Of a DNA stretch of 64,000 bases, positions 39,216 to 48,715 are shown in pieces. This DNA comes from Takakia lepidozioides (Eukaryota; Plantae; Bryophyta): the NCBI GenBank assembly GCA_030704615.1, contig CM060731.1:64418001-64482000 (forward strand). Direction: 5' to 3'. The translations under genes and the position numbers were made by a program. Numbering within the stretch: the first letter of the stretch is position 1; the number at the start of each line of letters is the position of its first letter. The notes under the pieces were generated by a model. That model saw only the letters and a list, made by a program, of their open reading frames with translations. It was not told the origin of the DNA and searched no databases.

Positions 39216-42200
39216 CTATCCCAAGCAGTGTGGACACAACCAATCTCCGTCAGGAACCTTCTCAAGAGGTGGTGTCAAGCATCCCATATGCCAACCCCTT
39301 GAGCACCGATCACACACCAGCATGGTGGCTGCCCCTTTGGCAGACCCACAGAGCATGCACCTCAAACCTGCAGGTACCACTGCCAAGTTTGGGTCAACTC
39401 TGCCATCGACATTGGGAAGGTGACATGGCGCACAATTACGCACATGGTCTTTCCAAGTCATGCCATCCCGACCCTCTAAGATCAGGACCCCTGAGGGCAA
39501 CACCTCTCGAACCCTCAGAATAACACGCCCTGCAGTAACATCCAGAGTCGTAGGAGCAGTCTGCTGCAAATAAACATAGTCACCAGGGCTAAACCTCCGA
39601 ACCCCAGGACGATATCCTCCACCACGTATAGTGGCATACCTCAACGTATCACGGTGCTGTGCAATGGCAAGGTTCTCAAAAGCCATGGGCATGACTTTCT
39701 TGAACAACTCTGCACGCTGATCACATGCACGTACCCACACGTCCGGATCGTCAAGGTTAAGGACTTGAGCAGTGTCCCTACGAATGGCTGCAGGCAAATC
39801 CGGCTCTCGGCCAAAGAGAAGGAAATATGGTGAGAAGGAGGCAAGTGATGCTTGTTTGCTGAACCTGTAGCCCATGGCTAACCAAGGAACCTGAAGATCC
39901 CAATCTCCTAGGTGTCCCTTCTGCAAGCCATACTTGCGCAAACCCCTCTTCACCGTCTGAACAACTCTCTCTGCTAAGCCATCGGCCTCAGGATGATCCC
40001 GAGAAGTGGTGCGGTGGTCTATCAAGGCTTTATCACACAAAGCCTGAAACTCCCCCAAGAACTCTCTCCCTTGGTCCGTGAGTACCTCAGCTGGAGCACC
40101 AAATCGGCTAAGCACACGATCCAAGAATGCATACGCAGCCCCCTCACTAGCCTTGTCAGGCAATGGAACCAACTCAATCCACTTGGAGAAGTGCTCCACC
40201 ATCACCAACACATATCTGTGGTGGCGCATAGTCAGTGGCAACGGTCCTGCGAAGTCAAGACTCCACCTGTAGCCCAATCCCATGATAGGTAAAGGATGCA
40301 ACTGTGGTGTAGGGGCGTTGAATGAAGCACGCACCCTGTCACACACCATGCACCTAGCCACAAACTGTTGCACCTCTGTATGCATACCACGCCACCAATA
40401 CTGCCCTTGCAGTAAACTGTGAGTGCGTCGCACTCCAAAATGCCCCAACTCCTCATGGGCATGCCGCACTAACCGTGCACGCTGTGTGGGGTGAGGCACA
40501 ATCCTCACCCGACCATCCTCCCACACTCGAAGTAGGTGTATCCCCTCCCACTTGAACCTCTTGGCTCGTTGCAGGATCCGATCCCTCTCCCTGGCAGTCA
40601 CAATGGCTGCCGTGTCTCCCGTGCGGAGGTAGTCCAACACAGCCGAATCCTCATGTATATCTCTGGCACCACCTAGCTCATCACTAGCCTCAGGGTCCTC
40701 AGACACTCCGTCTACAGTCATCCCTGTTGTAGGTCCAATCTGACCTCCCGATGCCAAGATACACAAAAATGCAGATGCGTGCCATCCCGGCACCATCTCC
40801 TCGTCCGTCTCACCATGCCACCGAGCTCCAGTGTCATCCTGCTGGCTCATGCATGGATTGCGACTCAATCCATCCGCATCCCGATTGACCAAACCCGGTC
40901 GATGCACAACCTGAAAGTCATACTCCTGGAGTATAAGTGCCCACCGTGCAAGCTTCCCCGTAAGCTTGTCTGACTCCATCAACCACTTGAGTGGCTGGTG
41001 ATCCGTGACAAGGGTGAAAAGATTGCCGTATAGATAGCACCTGAAGTGTGCCACGGCCCACACTGCAGCTAAGCACTCTCCCTCATATGAGCTGTACTTA
41101 GCCTCTGCAGCGTTGTTCGAGCGGCTAGCGTAAGCCACTACGAACTCTCTTCCCTCATCATCCACCTGTGTGAGCACCGCTCCAAGCCCCAGCATGCTCC
41201 AATCCGTATGCAGCTGAAAGGGACGCCCCCTGATAGGTCGTCTCAAGATAGGCGCCGAGGTCAACCTCGCCTTGAGCTCTTGAAAAGCTCGTTCCTGCTC
41301 ATCTTCCCACTGCCACTCCTGGTCCACCTTGGTCAGCTTGGTTAGAGCCTTTGCAATGGTACTAAATCCCTTGACAAACCGTCTATAATAGTTTGCCAAC
41401 CCCATGAAAGCTCGAACTCGGCTCACATCCGTGGGGCGTGGAATTTGTGCAATGGCCTCTACCTTAGTCTGCTGTACCCCCAATCCTCCAGGATATATCA
41501 TGTGACCCAGATACTCAATCTGGTTGTGGAAAAACTTGCACTTCCCCGGATGCAACTTCAATCCGTGCGCTCTCAAGCGCTCCAATACCACCTGAAGGTG
41601 TCTCTCATGCTCCTCCATCGTAACACTAAAGATGATGATGTCATCTATGTAGCACCGAGCAAAGTCCACCCCTGCTAGAATCCTATCCATGACTCTCTGA
41701 AACTCTGCAGGAGCATTCTTAAGCCCAAATGGTAAGAACCGCCACTGATATAGGCAATCCTTGCCGTGCTCATTGATCCCCCAGAATGTCGTCTTCTGCT
41801 TGTCCGCCTCCTTGATTGGCAACTGGTGATATCCGGATCGTAAATCCAAAGTGCTAAAGGCCTTAGCATGCCCGATGGCATCAAAGATCTCCTCTGGTGT
41901 TGGCATGGCATACTTATCGGACTTGGTCTGACGATTTACAGGCCGGTAATCACCGCACATACGTCTCTCCGTCCAATTGCCATAGACATCCTTCTTGGCT
42001 GGCATCACTGTGGCTGAAGCATACTCTCCACCAGAGAGCTCCACCAAACCTGCCTCCCAGAGATCTTGAGTCCTCATCTGAATCAAAGACCTCTCCATGT
42101 CACTGTATCTATAGGGTCTCCGAAAGATTGGCGTGTCAGTGGCCAACTCAATACGGATCTCTTGACCCTTCAGTGCTCCCAAGTCCTTCAAACTGAAGGC

Positions 42201-42350
42201 AAAGCAATTCCTGTAAGCCCTCAGGAACCGCCGTATACGTCGTCTCTCTCCTCCGGTGACAATGGGTCCAATGTCAGGCTCCCAATTGTCCTCCGTAACT
42301 ACAACCTTAAGTCCAGTGGGCTTAGAGGTAGAGGACGCGTCCCGTGGTTG
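39216..42350 (-). CDS. Pol: reverse transcriptase, RNase H, integrase and C-terminal PHD finger (in frame with ORF1 after a single TAG)
   Basis: RMCGDYRPVN, STLDLRSGYHQ, LPFGLKNAP, YIDD; RNaseH TDWS...YEGEC...TDH; IN HEELGH...CMVC, LDF/TDQG/AER (DDE); PHD CMLC...CDRC...WHMGC...WLCPHC. Manual translation of 42350-42192 shows no stop; the listed ORF start at 42191 is TTG. Confidence 0.93.
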   Translation of the reverse strand, partial: QPRDASSTSKPTGLKVVVTEDNWEPDIGPIVTGGERRRIRRFLRAYRNCFAFSLKDLGALKGQEIRIELATDTPIFRRPYRYSDMERSLIQMRTQDLWEAGLVELSGGEYASATVMPAKKDVYGNWTERRMCGDYRPVNRQTKSDKYAMPTPEEIFDAIGHAKAFSTLDLRSGYHQLPIKEADKQKTTFWGINEHGKDCLYQWRFLPFGLKNAPAEFQRVMDRILAGVDFARCYIDDIIIFSVTMEEHERHLQVVLERLRAHGLKLHPGKCKFFHNQIEYLGHMIYPGGLGVQQTKVEAIAQIPRPTDVSRVRAFMGLANYYRRFVKGFSTIAKALTKLTKVDQEWQWEDEQERAFQELKARLTSAPILRRPIRGRPFQLHTDWSMLGLGAVLTQVDDEGREFVVAYASRSNNAAEAKYSSYEGECLAAVWAVAHFRCYLYGNLFTLVTDHQPLKWLMESDKLTGKLARWALILQEYDFQVVHRPGLVNRDADGLSRNPCMSQQDDTGARWHGETDEEMVPGWHASAFLCILASGGQIGPTTGMTVDGVSEDPEASDELGGARDIHEDSAVLDYLRTGDTAAIVTARERDRILQRAKRFKWEGIHLLRVWEDGRVRIVPHPTQRARLVRHAHEELGHFGVRRTHSLLQGQYWWRGMHTEVQQFVARCMVCDRVRASFNAPTPQLHPLPIMGLGYRWSLDFAGPLPLTMRHHRYVLVMVEHFSKWIELVPLPDKASEGAAYAFLDRVLSRFGAPAEVLTDQGREFLGEFQALCDKALIDHRTTSRDHPEADGLAERVVQTVKRGLRKYGLQKGHLGDWDLQVPWLAMGYRFSKQASLASFSPYFLLFGREPDLPAAIRRDTAQVLNLDDPDVWVRACDQRAELFKKVMPMAFENLAIAQHRDTLRYATIRGGGYRPGVRRFSPGDYVYLQQTAPTTLDVTAGRVILRVREVLPSGVLILEGRDGMTWKDHVRNCAPCHLPNVDGRVDPNLAVVPAGLRCMLCGSAKGAATMLVCDRCSRGWHMGCLTPPLEKVPDGDWLCPHCLG

Positions 42351-45300
42351 CTATGCTGCAACCTCTTGAGCAGTACTCCCTACCTGCTCAGTCAATGACA
42401 AGGCCTCATCCTGCCCCATCATCTCATCCTTGAGGACCTCCTCAACCCGAGAAGAATCCCCAACCTCATCCATCACAGCCGCCTTGGCTGCCAACTCCCT
42501 CTGAACCTCGAGCACCTCCCACGTGTGCCATGGATGCATGCACCCCGTGGTCCTCACATGCTCGCCCCCACTCACTGCCTGTACCGTCTCGGTAGGCAGA
42601 GAGACCATTGAGGGAAGTGTACTCCGCACTCTGCGTTGCTCAGCCAGAGCCAAGCTGATAATCCAGGTCAAGCAATTGAGATCCATTGCTTGCCCCAACA
42701 CTTGACGACGTGATGCCTCAGAAAGAGACGACACCGCCGTGGTACCAGTGGTAAAACCCATTGCCCGCTCACGCTCGTCAGCATTAGGCTCCACTAACTG
42801 CTGCAACTGAGCATCCCACAGGAGGCCAGGTCCACTATCCCGGAAAGCATGCGATCCTGGGAAGCTGAGCAGTGTAGGTAATGCTGCTCGTGGTTGACCC
42901 ACCTTGTTGACCACTGCCAAAGGCGAACGGTCATCGTGTCTCACACGCTGAGACTGCCTCCCTGTGTCCAGAATGTTATCCACTGTGAGATGTGCTGGCC
43001 GCTGCACCCCATCAAATGCACGCTTGAGCAGTGCGGGTGGCATCAAGTTAGTCCACCATAGCCGTGGACGATGAGCCCGTGACCCCACTGTAGCTGCATC
43101 TAGCAACACTGCTGACCCAAGCCACGACCGGACTTGATGCACACTGGCCATCACCCTGGCCCGAGAATCGCCCATCAGTGGCACATTCTCCAAGATGTAT
43201 GCTGGAGATACAGCTTGATGAAGCTGCAAGTGGCGCAAAACCCGCACCATCTCCCAAAACAGACCCGACCTCGAGTCTCGCAATCCATTGCCATGCCCGG
43301 CTGATGAATGCCCTTGGCAGGGCCAACCTGCCACTACCAGATCAATGGAGCCAACCCGCTCCAAATCCTGCGCCCCCAGCAACGAAATGTCTGCTGGCAA
43401 GGCCTGCTGATATCCACGAATTGCAGACACCGACAACAACTCAGGGTACCGCTGCACCAACTGAGCAACATGGCGAAGTGAAACGCGTCGTGCAGTCTCA
43501 TCCCTCTCCACATACAGGTAACGCCGAACTCGTACACCTGCCTGTAACACAGCAGCCAATCCGGTGCTGATCCCGCCAAACAAGTCCAGAAGACAAATGC
43601 CTTCATCCGGATACTGCCACACAATAGGTGTGGTGTCCAATGGAGACAATTGAGGTGGTCCTGGTGCAATCCCCACACTCTCCTCCTCTCCTGACGGTAC
43701 AAAAGCCTCCACCCAGGCTTGTTGCACCCGTCGATCAGCATCCCGCTGCAAATCCTTGCTCGTGCCCCACAATGGAGTCTGAGCAACCATGGTAGGCAAC
43801 TCCGCCATACCATACATGTCATCCTGCTCTCCCGGAGGTGGTACATCCTCTGAATGAGCATTGCCCTCAAGCAACTCTCTAGGCCAACTCACTGCCGCTG
43901 TGAATGCTGCTAGTGTCGGCATCTTGCCTCGCTGGGCAACCGCAACTCCTCCTATGAACGTCACAGGGAGCTGCACACGCCGGCCCTCCCCTGACTGCCA
44001 TGCAGGCCTATAGGAAGCTGACTCCTCCCAAAAATCCAGGGTGAAGCCCATGGGGTACAACACTGCCCCACCAACCAGGACATCGTATGAGACTGCGTCT
44101 GTCACAATGGCCTTGGCTCGCATCACTGAGCCATCTGTAGGGTGATCCGGCCGTAGTCTGATAGCCAACTCACGCCGTGTCATGCCCCGAGCCTGCTCCG
44201 ATCCTCCCAGAGACGTCTGTATCTGGAAAGGACAAGGCTCCATATCCGCCTCCGTGAGGCCCAAGCCTGCAATAGCAGCTCTGCCCAGCATCAATGGCTG
44301 AGCTCCCGAGTCCAACAAGACCCGCAGTGGCCGGTACCTCTTGCCTGCCGGTCCACTCAAACAGAAAATGCCATCCTGGTTGTCTAACATGACAACTCCA
44401 GGTGTCACCATGGCGCGCTCAATGGCTGGCCTAGCTGGCAGCTCCATCAACCTGGCAGCTGCAGCTTGCCATGGCGCCGCCGTGGCAGTCTTGACCCTCA
44501 AATCCGAGGATCCCTCCGGCACTACACCTCCCACTATCTCCGCAGAAGATGAAGTAACCTCCCCACTCTCACAGAGTGTAGCTGCCAGCCTGAACACCTC
44601 AGCTGGTCTTACCCCCGGCGTCGCAATCATGGTAGCCGAGAACAATGGAGCCTGGCACACAGATGTGGCCGCTCCTAGCAGCACACTAGCTGCCGTAGCC
44701 TTGGCAACACTAGGTAGTGGTGCTACCCGTGTAGCTCTCCCCAATGGCATAGTAACCTCCGCCTCGGTAACAGTCGGGCGAGAACTAGGTGCCATGGATG
44801 GCGTCGACACTGTCTCCGCCAATGTGAATGACTGAGGAAGCCTAGCCTGACGGCTTGCCTCCCCACGCTGTGGATCCAACTCCACCTCTGCACCTCGTGG
44901 CTCAGGAACTCGTGCTGCTCCTCGAGTCACGGCTGCAGCAGACTCCACCTGCACTAGTGGTAGTGCTGCTCCACACATGAATCCCATGCCTCCCATATCT
45001 CCTCCCTCAGGAGCAGGAGGTGGACCATCCGGCCTTAGAGCCGGTACCACCTGAGCTGTAGCCATGGCAGCGAGCCTCTGCTCTAGCTGCTGAAGCCGGT
45101 TGGCCATGCCTTGGTCAACACCCTGACCTCCGCGTCCTTGGCCACGTTGAGCTTGCCCTTGGCCTCGTGGCTGGCCACCTCGTCCCCTCTGGGCTGCTCC
45201 ACCTCGCCCCCGGCCACCATTGTTCCCTTGGAACTGGCCTGGGCGCAACTCAGGATGCAAACCATAACACTGAGCCTCTCCATGCCCGTGTTTGCCACAA

Positions 45301-46517
45301 TGCCCACACTGTAACTGTGCAGGCTGTGCATGTGCCGGCCCTTTGCCTCCCTCTGGACAATCCTTCTTGACATGGGGTCCTCCACATGTCCAGCACACCA
45401 CATCCGCCCGTTGTTGGCCAGCAAATGAAGGGAGAGACCCCTGCATCTGAGGTCCTCTCTGCCCTTCCCTGAGCTTCACCTGAGCCCCCTTGTTGCCTTG
45501 AGCACGTTGAGGTAGTGGTTGGCTAGGAGCACCACTACCCCGTGGTGTCTCCTTAGCAAATCCCACCATGACCACTCGTTCCTCCACCATGTTGAGCTCT
45601 ATCCGCTCTGCCAGCAAAAACACATTTGCTAAGGTGGGTTGGGCCGCTTGTAGGAGAGTTGCATCCCGCACCCTTCTCCTCAGCTCCTTGTCCAATATCC
45701 CATACCAGAATTGGACTGCCTGAGCTTCCGTAACCCCTTGGGTTACATTTATCAAGCGCCTCATGCGAGTGAAAGCCTCCCTCAAGCTCTCGGTCGGCTT
45801 CCGTTGGAACTCTTGCAAGCTCCGCAACTTCTCTGTCCTCACCCCTTGGTAGTTCCCTCTCAACTCTTCGAAGAACTCCACAACAGGGTTGAAGGCAGGC
45901 ACGGGTGCTAGTGCTGGTGCGGTAGTGGCTTGGGTGGACGTCGTAGCTACTGTACCACCAGTCCCACTGCTGCTTGCTGAAGCTGCCGGTGCAGCGGCAG
46001 GTGTAGCCACTGCCCTCGTGGCTCTAGTGCCCCTAGTGATGGAGACATAGTCGGGTGACCAGTACATCCTCCACTCCTCGATCTCAACCTCATGCCCCCG
46101 CCTGAACTCATGGTAATCATCCATAGGCGGCCCCTCAAGGTGCTGAAACAGCCCCTTCCATGCCATGAAAGGCGTAAATAGTTGTGGATTGCGCATTTGC
46201 TGCAAATCACACCAACTATCAAACTCTTGGATAAAATCATCCAACTCGATGGTGCCCACCGCCCCAGAGTACCTTCGTGGCCCCTTGGTAGCTCCATACA
46301 TCTCCTCCATTGTGTCCCACAACAATGGCAAAGAAACAACTTGCACCGCCGGTATGAGTCCTCCTGATTCACAATCCGAATCAGAACCTTCCGTAGAAGA
46401 CACAGGAGGTGAAGGTGGCCTAAACCGCACACCTCGTCTCGTGTACCCACTAGTATCGCTAGTGCTCGAACCGGCACTGTCCCCAGCAACTAGTGGCACC
46501 TCCGTGTTGACACTCAA
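42351..46517 (-). CDS. Gag - aspartic protease - DNMT3-like cytosine-5 methyltransferase polyprotein (first ATG at 46310)
   Basis: Two CCHC knuckles (CWTCGGPHVKKDC, CGHCGKHGHGEAQC) and protease LLDSGA. MTase motifs: I LDLFGGI, II YVE, III DI, IV AGWPCQG, VI ILENV, VIII AHRPRLWWTN, IX ERERAMGF, X QVLGQAM. Confidence 0.93.
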   Translation of the reverse strand: MSVNTEVPLVAGDSAGSSTSDTSGYTRRGVRFRPPSPPVSSTEGSDSDCESGGLIPAVQVVSLPLLWDTMEEMYGATKGPRRYSGAVGTIELDDFIQEFDSWCDLQQMRNPQLFTPFMAWKGLFQHLEGPPMDDYHEFRRGHEVEIEEWRMYWSPDYVSITRGTRATRAVATPAAAPAASASSSGTGGTVATTSTQATTAPALAPVPAFNPVVEFFEELRGNYQGVRTEKLRSLQEFQRKPTESLREAFTRMRRLINVTQGVTEAQAVQFWYGILDKELRRRVRDATLLQAAQPTLANVFLLAERIELNMVEERVVMVGFAKETPRGSGAPSQPLPQRAQGNKGAQVKLREGQRGPQMQGSLPSFAGQQRADVVCWTCGGPHVKKDCPEGGKGPAHAQPAQLQCGHCGKHGHGEAQCYGLHPELRPGQFQGNNGGRGRGGAAQRGRGGQPRGQGQAQRGQGRGGQGVDQGMANRLQQLEQRLAAMATAQVVPALRPDGPPPAPEGGDMGGMGFMCGAALPLVQVESAAAVTRGAARVPEPRGAEVELDPQRGEASRQARLPQSFTLAETVSTPSMAPSSRPTVTEAEVTMPLGRATRVAPLPSVAKATAASVLLGAATSVCQAPLFSATMIATPGVRPAEVFRLAATLCESGEVTSSSAEIVGGVVPEGSSDLRVKTATAAPWQAAAARLMELPARPAIERAMVTPGVVMLDNQDGIFCLSGPAGKRYRPLRVLLDSGAQPLMLGRAAIAGLGLTEADMEPCPFQIQTSLGGSEQARGMTRRELAIRLRPDHPTDGSVMRAKAIVTDAVSYDVLVGGAVLYPMGFTLDFWEESASYRPAWQSGEGRRVQLPVTFIGGVAVAQRGKMPTLAAFTAAVSWPRELLEGNAHSEDVPPPGEQDDMYGMAELPTMVAQTPLWGTSKDLQRDADRRVQQAWVEAFVPSGEEESVGIAPGPPQLSPLDTTPIVWQYPDEGICLLDLFGGISTGLAAVLQAGVRVRRYLYVERDETARRVSLRHVAQLVQRYPELLSVSAIRGYQQALPADISLLGAQDLERVGSIDLVVAGWPCQGHSSAGHGNGLRDSRSGLFWEMVRVLRHLQLHQAVSPAYILENVPLMGDSRARVMASVHQVRSWLGSAVLLDAATVGSRAHRPRLWWTNLMPPALLKRAFDGVQRPAHLTVDNILDTGRQSQRVRHDDRSPLAVVNKVGQPRAALPTLLSFPGSHAFRDSGPGLLWDAQLQQLVEPNADERERAMGFTTGTTAVSSLSEASRRQVLGQAMDLNCLTWIISLALAEQRRVRSTLPSMVSLPTETVQAVSGGEHVRTTGCMHPWHTWEVLEVQRELAAKAAVMDEVGDSSRVEEVLKDEMMGQDEALSLTEQVGSTAQEVAA

Positions 46518-47249
46518 CCGGTCATGAACATGTCCCTAACCCCCTCTCCACAAGGTAACCGGGTAGAGAACCTGTTGCGGCTTATGGTTTGGAATACTAA
46601 GTTCCTAACATAGCCTACACCTGTACCTGCATCCACCGCAAGCACTCCTATGGTTGGCTGGTCATCACCTCCAACCTCACCACAAGAGAAACAATGATGG
46701 TCTGGCTGGTCATCACCCCAGCCTCACCATCGACAGCATGCTCTAGGACTGGCCGGTGATCAAATCCGGACCAATCACCTATAAAAACAAGCGCCCACAC
46801 AAAACTAGCATGGCGCACAGTCAAGCATGCAGGTATGGAGGGGATCCAAACACAAGAAATCAGATCGACAACTCCCCCACACCAAAAACAACTCCACGGT
46901 GTTGCTCCTGCAAGGACACCCCAGCCCAAACCCGGACTGACTCTTGCCTCCACCTACGGAAAGGTCTTGGCCTAATGAGAGGGTGGAAACTACGAGGAAG
47001 AGAAGCTAAAGCAATGCCTAACCCCAGCATGCTCTCATCCCAACACTCTGCCTCTCCTCTCTACCCTCACTTGCATGACCATGGGAATATCATGAAGATA
47101 CTCCTCAAACCGCCCTCCACGAGCTTCAAAATTCGGCCTTCCAGACCACATGCCAGTCCTTAGGCAGTCCACCAGTGCCTCCACGAGTCAGCACAGGCCG
47201 TCCACAGGTCAACACGGGCCACCACAGACCAGCACAGGCCCACACAGCT

Positions 47250-48715
47250 CACTGGTCACAGCCGTCACAGTCCCACAGGCCACTGGGCACAGCCTGTCAC
47301 AGCCCTCAAAGGCCTCAAGCACGGCCTGTCACAGCCCCTCACAGCCCCTCACAGCCCCAAAGGCCATGGGCACGGCCTGTCACAGCCCCTCACAGCCCGT
47401 CACAGCCCCAAAGGCCTCAGCACGGCCTGTCACAGCCCCTCACAGCCCGTCACAGCCCACAAGCCCTGGGCACGGCCTGTCACACAGCCCCTCACAGCCC
47501 GTCACAGCCCCAAAGGCCTCAGGCACGGCCTGTCACAGCCCCTCACAGCCCGTCACAGCCCCAAAGGCCATGGGCACGGCCTGTCACAGCCCCTCACAGC
47601 CTCAAGGCCCCAGGCACGGCTGTCACAGCCCTCACAGCCCTCACAACAACCCAAAGGCCATTGGCACGGCCTGTCACAGCCCCTCACAGCCCGTCACAGC
47701 CCCAAAGGCCATTGGCACGGCCTGTCACAGCCCCTCACAGCCCGTCACAGCCCCAAAGGCCATGGGCACGGCCTATCACAACCCGTCACAGCCCGTCACA
47801 GCCCCCAAAGGCCTCAGGCACGGCCTGTCACAGCCCCTCACAGCCCGTCACAGCCCCAAAGGCCATGGGCACGGCCTGTCACAGCCCCTCACAGCCCGTC
47901 ACAGCCTCAAAGGCCTCACACCCTGTCACCCCAGCCCCTCACAGCCCGTCACAGCCCCCAAGGCCATGGGCACAGTCTGTCATAGCTCGCCACAGCTGTC
48001 ACAGCCCATCACAGCCCATCACAGCTTGCCACAGCCTGTCACAGCCCGTCACAGCCCCCAAAGGCCAAGGGCACAGCCTGTCACAGCCCGTCACAGCCCC
48101 ACAGGCACACTCCCCCCAGCCTCAGGTCACAGCCTGTCACACACACCGCACATCCCGTCACACAGCCCCAAAGGCCACTGGGCACAGCCTGTCACAGCCT
48201 GACACAGCCCATCACAGCCCCACAGGGCACAGGGCACAGCCTGTCACAGCCCATCACAGCCCATCACAGCCCATCACAGCCTGTCACAGCTTGCCACAGC
48301 CTGTCACAGCCCGTCACAGCCCCACAGGCCAAGGGCACAGCCTGTCACAGCCCATCACAGCCCGTCACAGCTCCACAGGCACAGGGCACAGCCCCTCACA
48401 GCCCCATCACAGCCTGTCACAGCTTGCCACAGCCCATCACAGCCCGTCACAGCCCCACAGGCCACTGGGCACAGCCCTCACGCCCGTCACAGCCCACACA
48501 ACACACAGCTGCCTACACACAGCCTGACACGCAGCCTGTCACAGCTGGCCACAGCCCCTCATCACAGCCCGTCACAGCACCAGCCCACAGGCCACTGGGC
48601 ACAGCCCGTCACAGCCCGCCCGTCACACAGCTCGCCACAGCCTGACACAGCCTTCCAGCCCACAGGGCCAGGGCACAGCCTGTCACAGCTTGCCACAGCC
48701 TGTCACAGCCCCACA
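47250..48715. repeat. ~1.45-kb GTCACAGCC-type higher-order minisatellite in the leader of copy 2
   Basis: Dozens of ~9-bp cacagccc units grouped into ~48-bp higher-order units (e.g. ggcacggcctgtcacagcccctcacagcccgtcacagccccaaaggccat). Confidence 0.95.

Noticed and set aside
42660-43610. Methyltransferase as bacterial contamination or a restriction-modification gene
   Set aside because: It is fused in frame to retroviral-type Gag and protease in two copies embedded among plant genes, and no restriction enzyme is present.
46648-46953. 101-aa ORF present in both Gypsy leaders (also 35582-35887)
   Set aside because: GTG start and no recognisable domain; its presence in both copies is explained by overall copy similarity.
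47150-48645. Long + strand ORFs (350 and 450 aa; also 36068-36711)
   Set aside because: They arise from a minisatellite that lacks stop codons: open in several frames, low complexity and different in length between copies.
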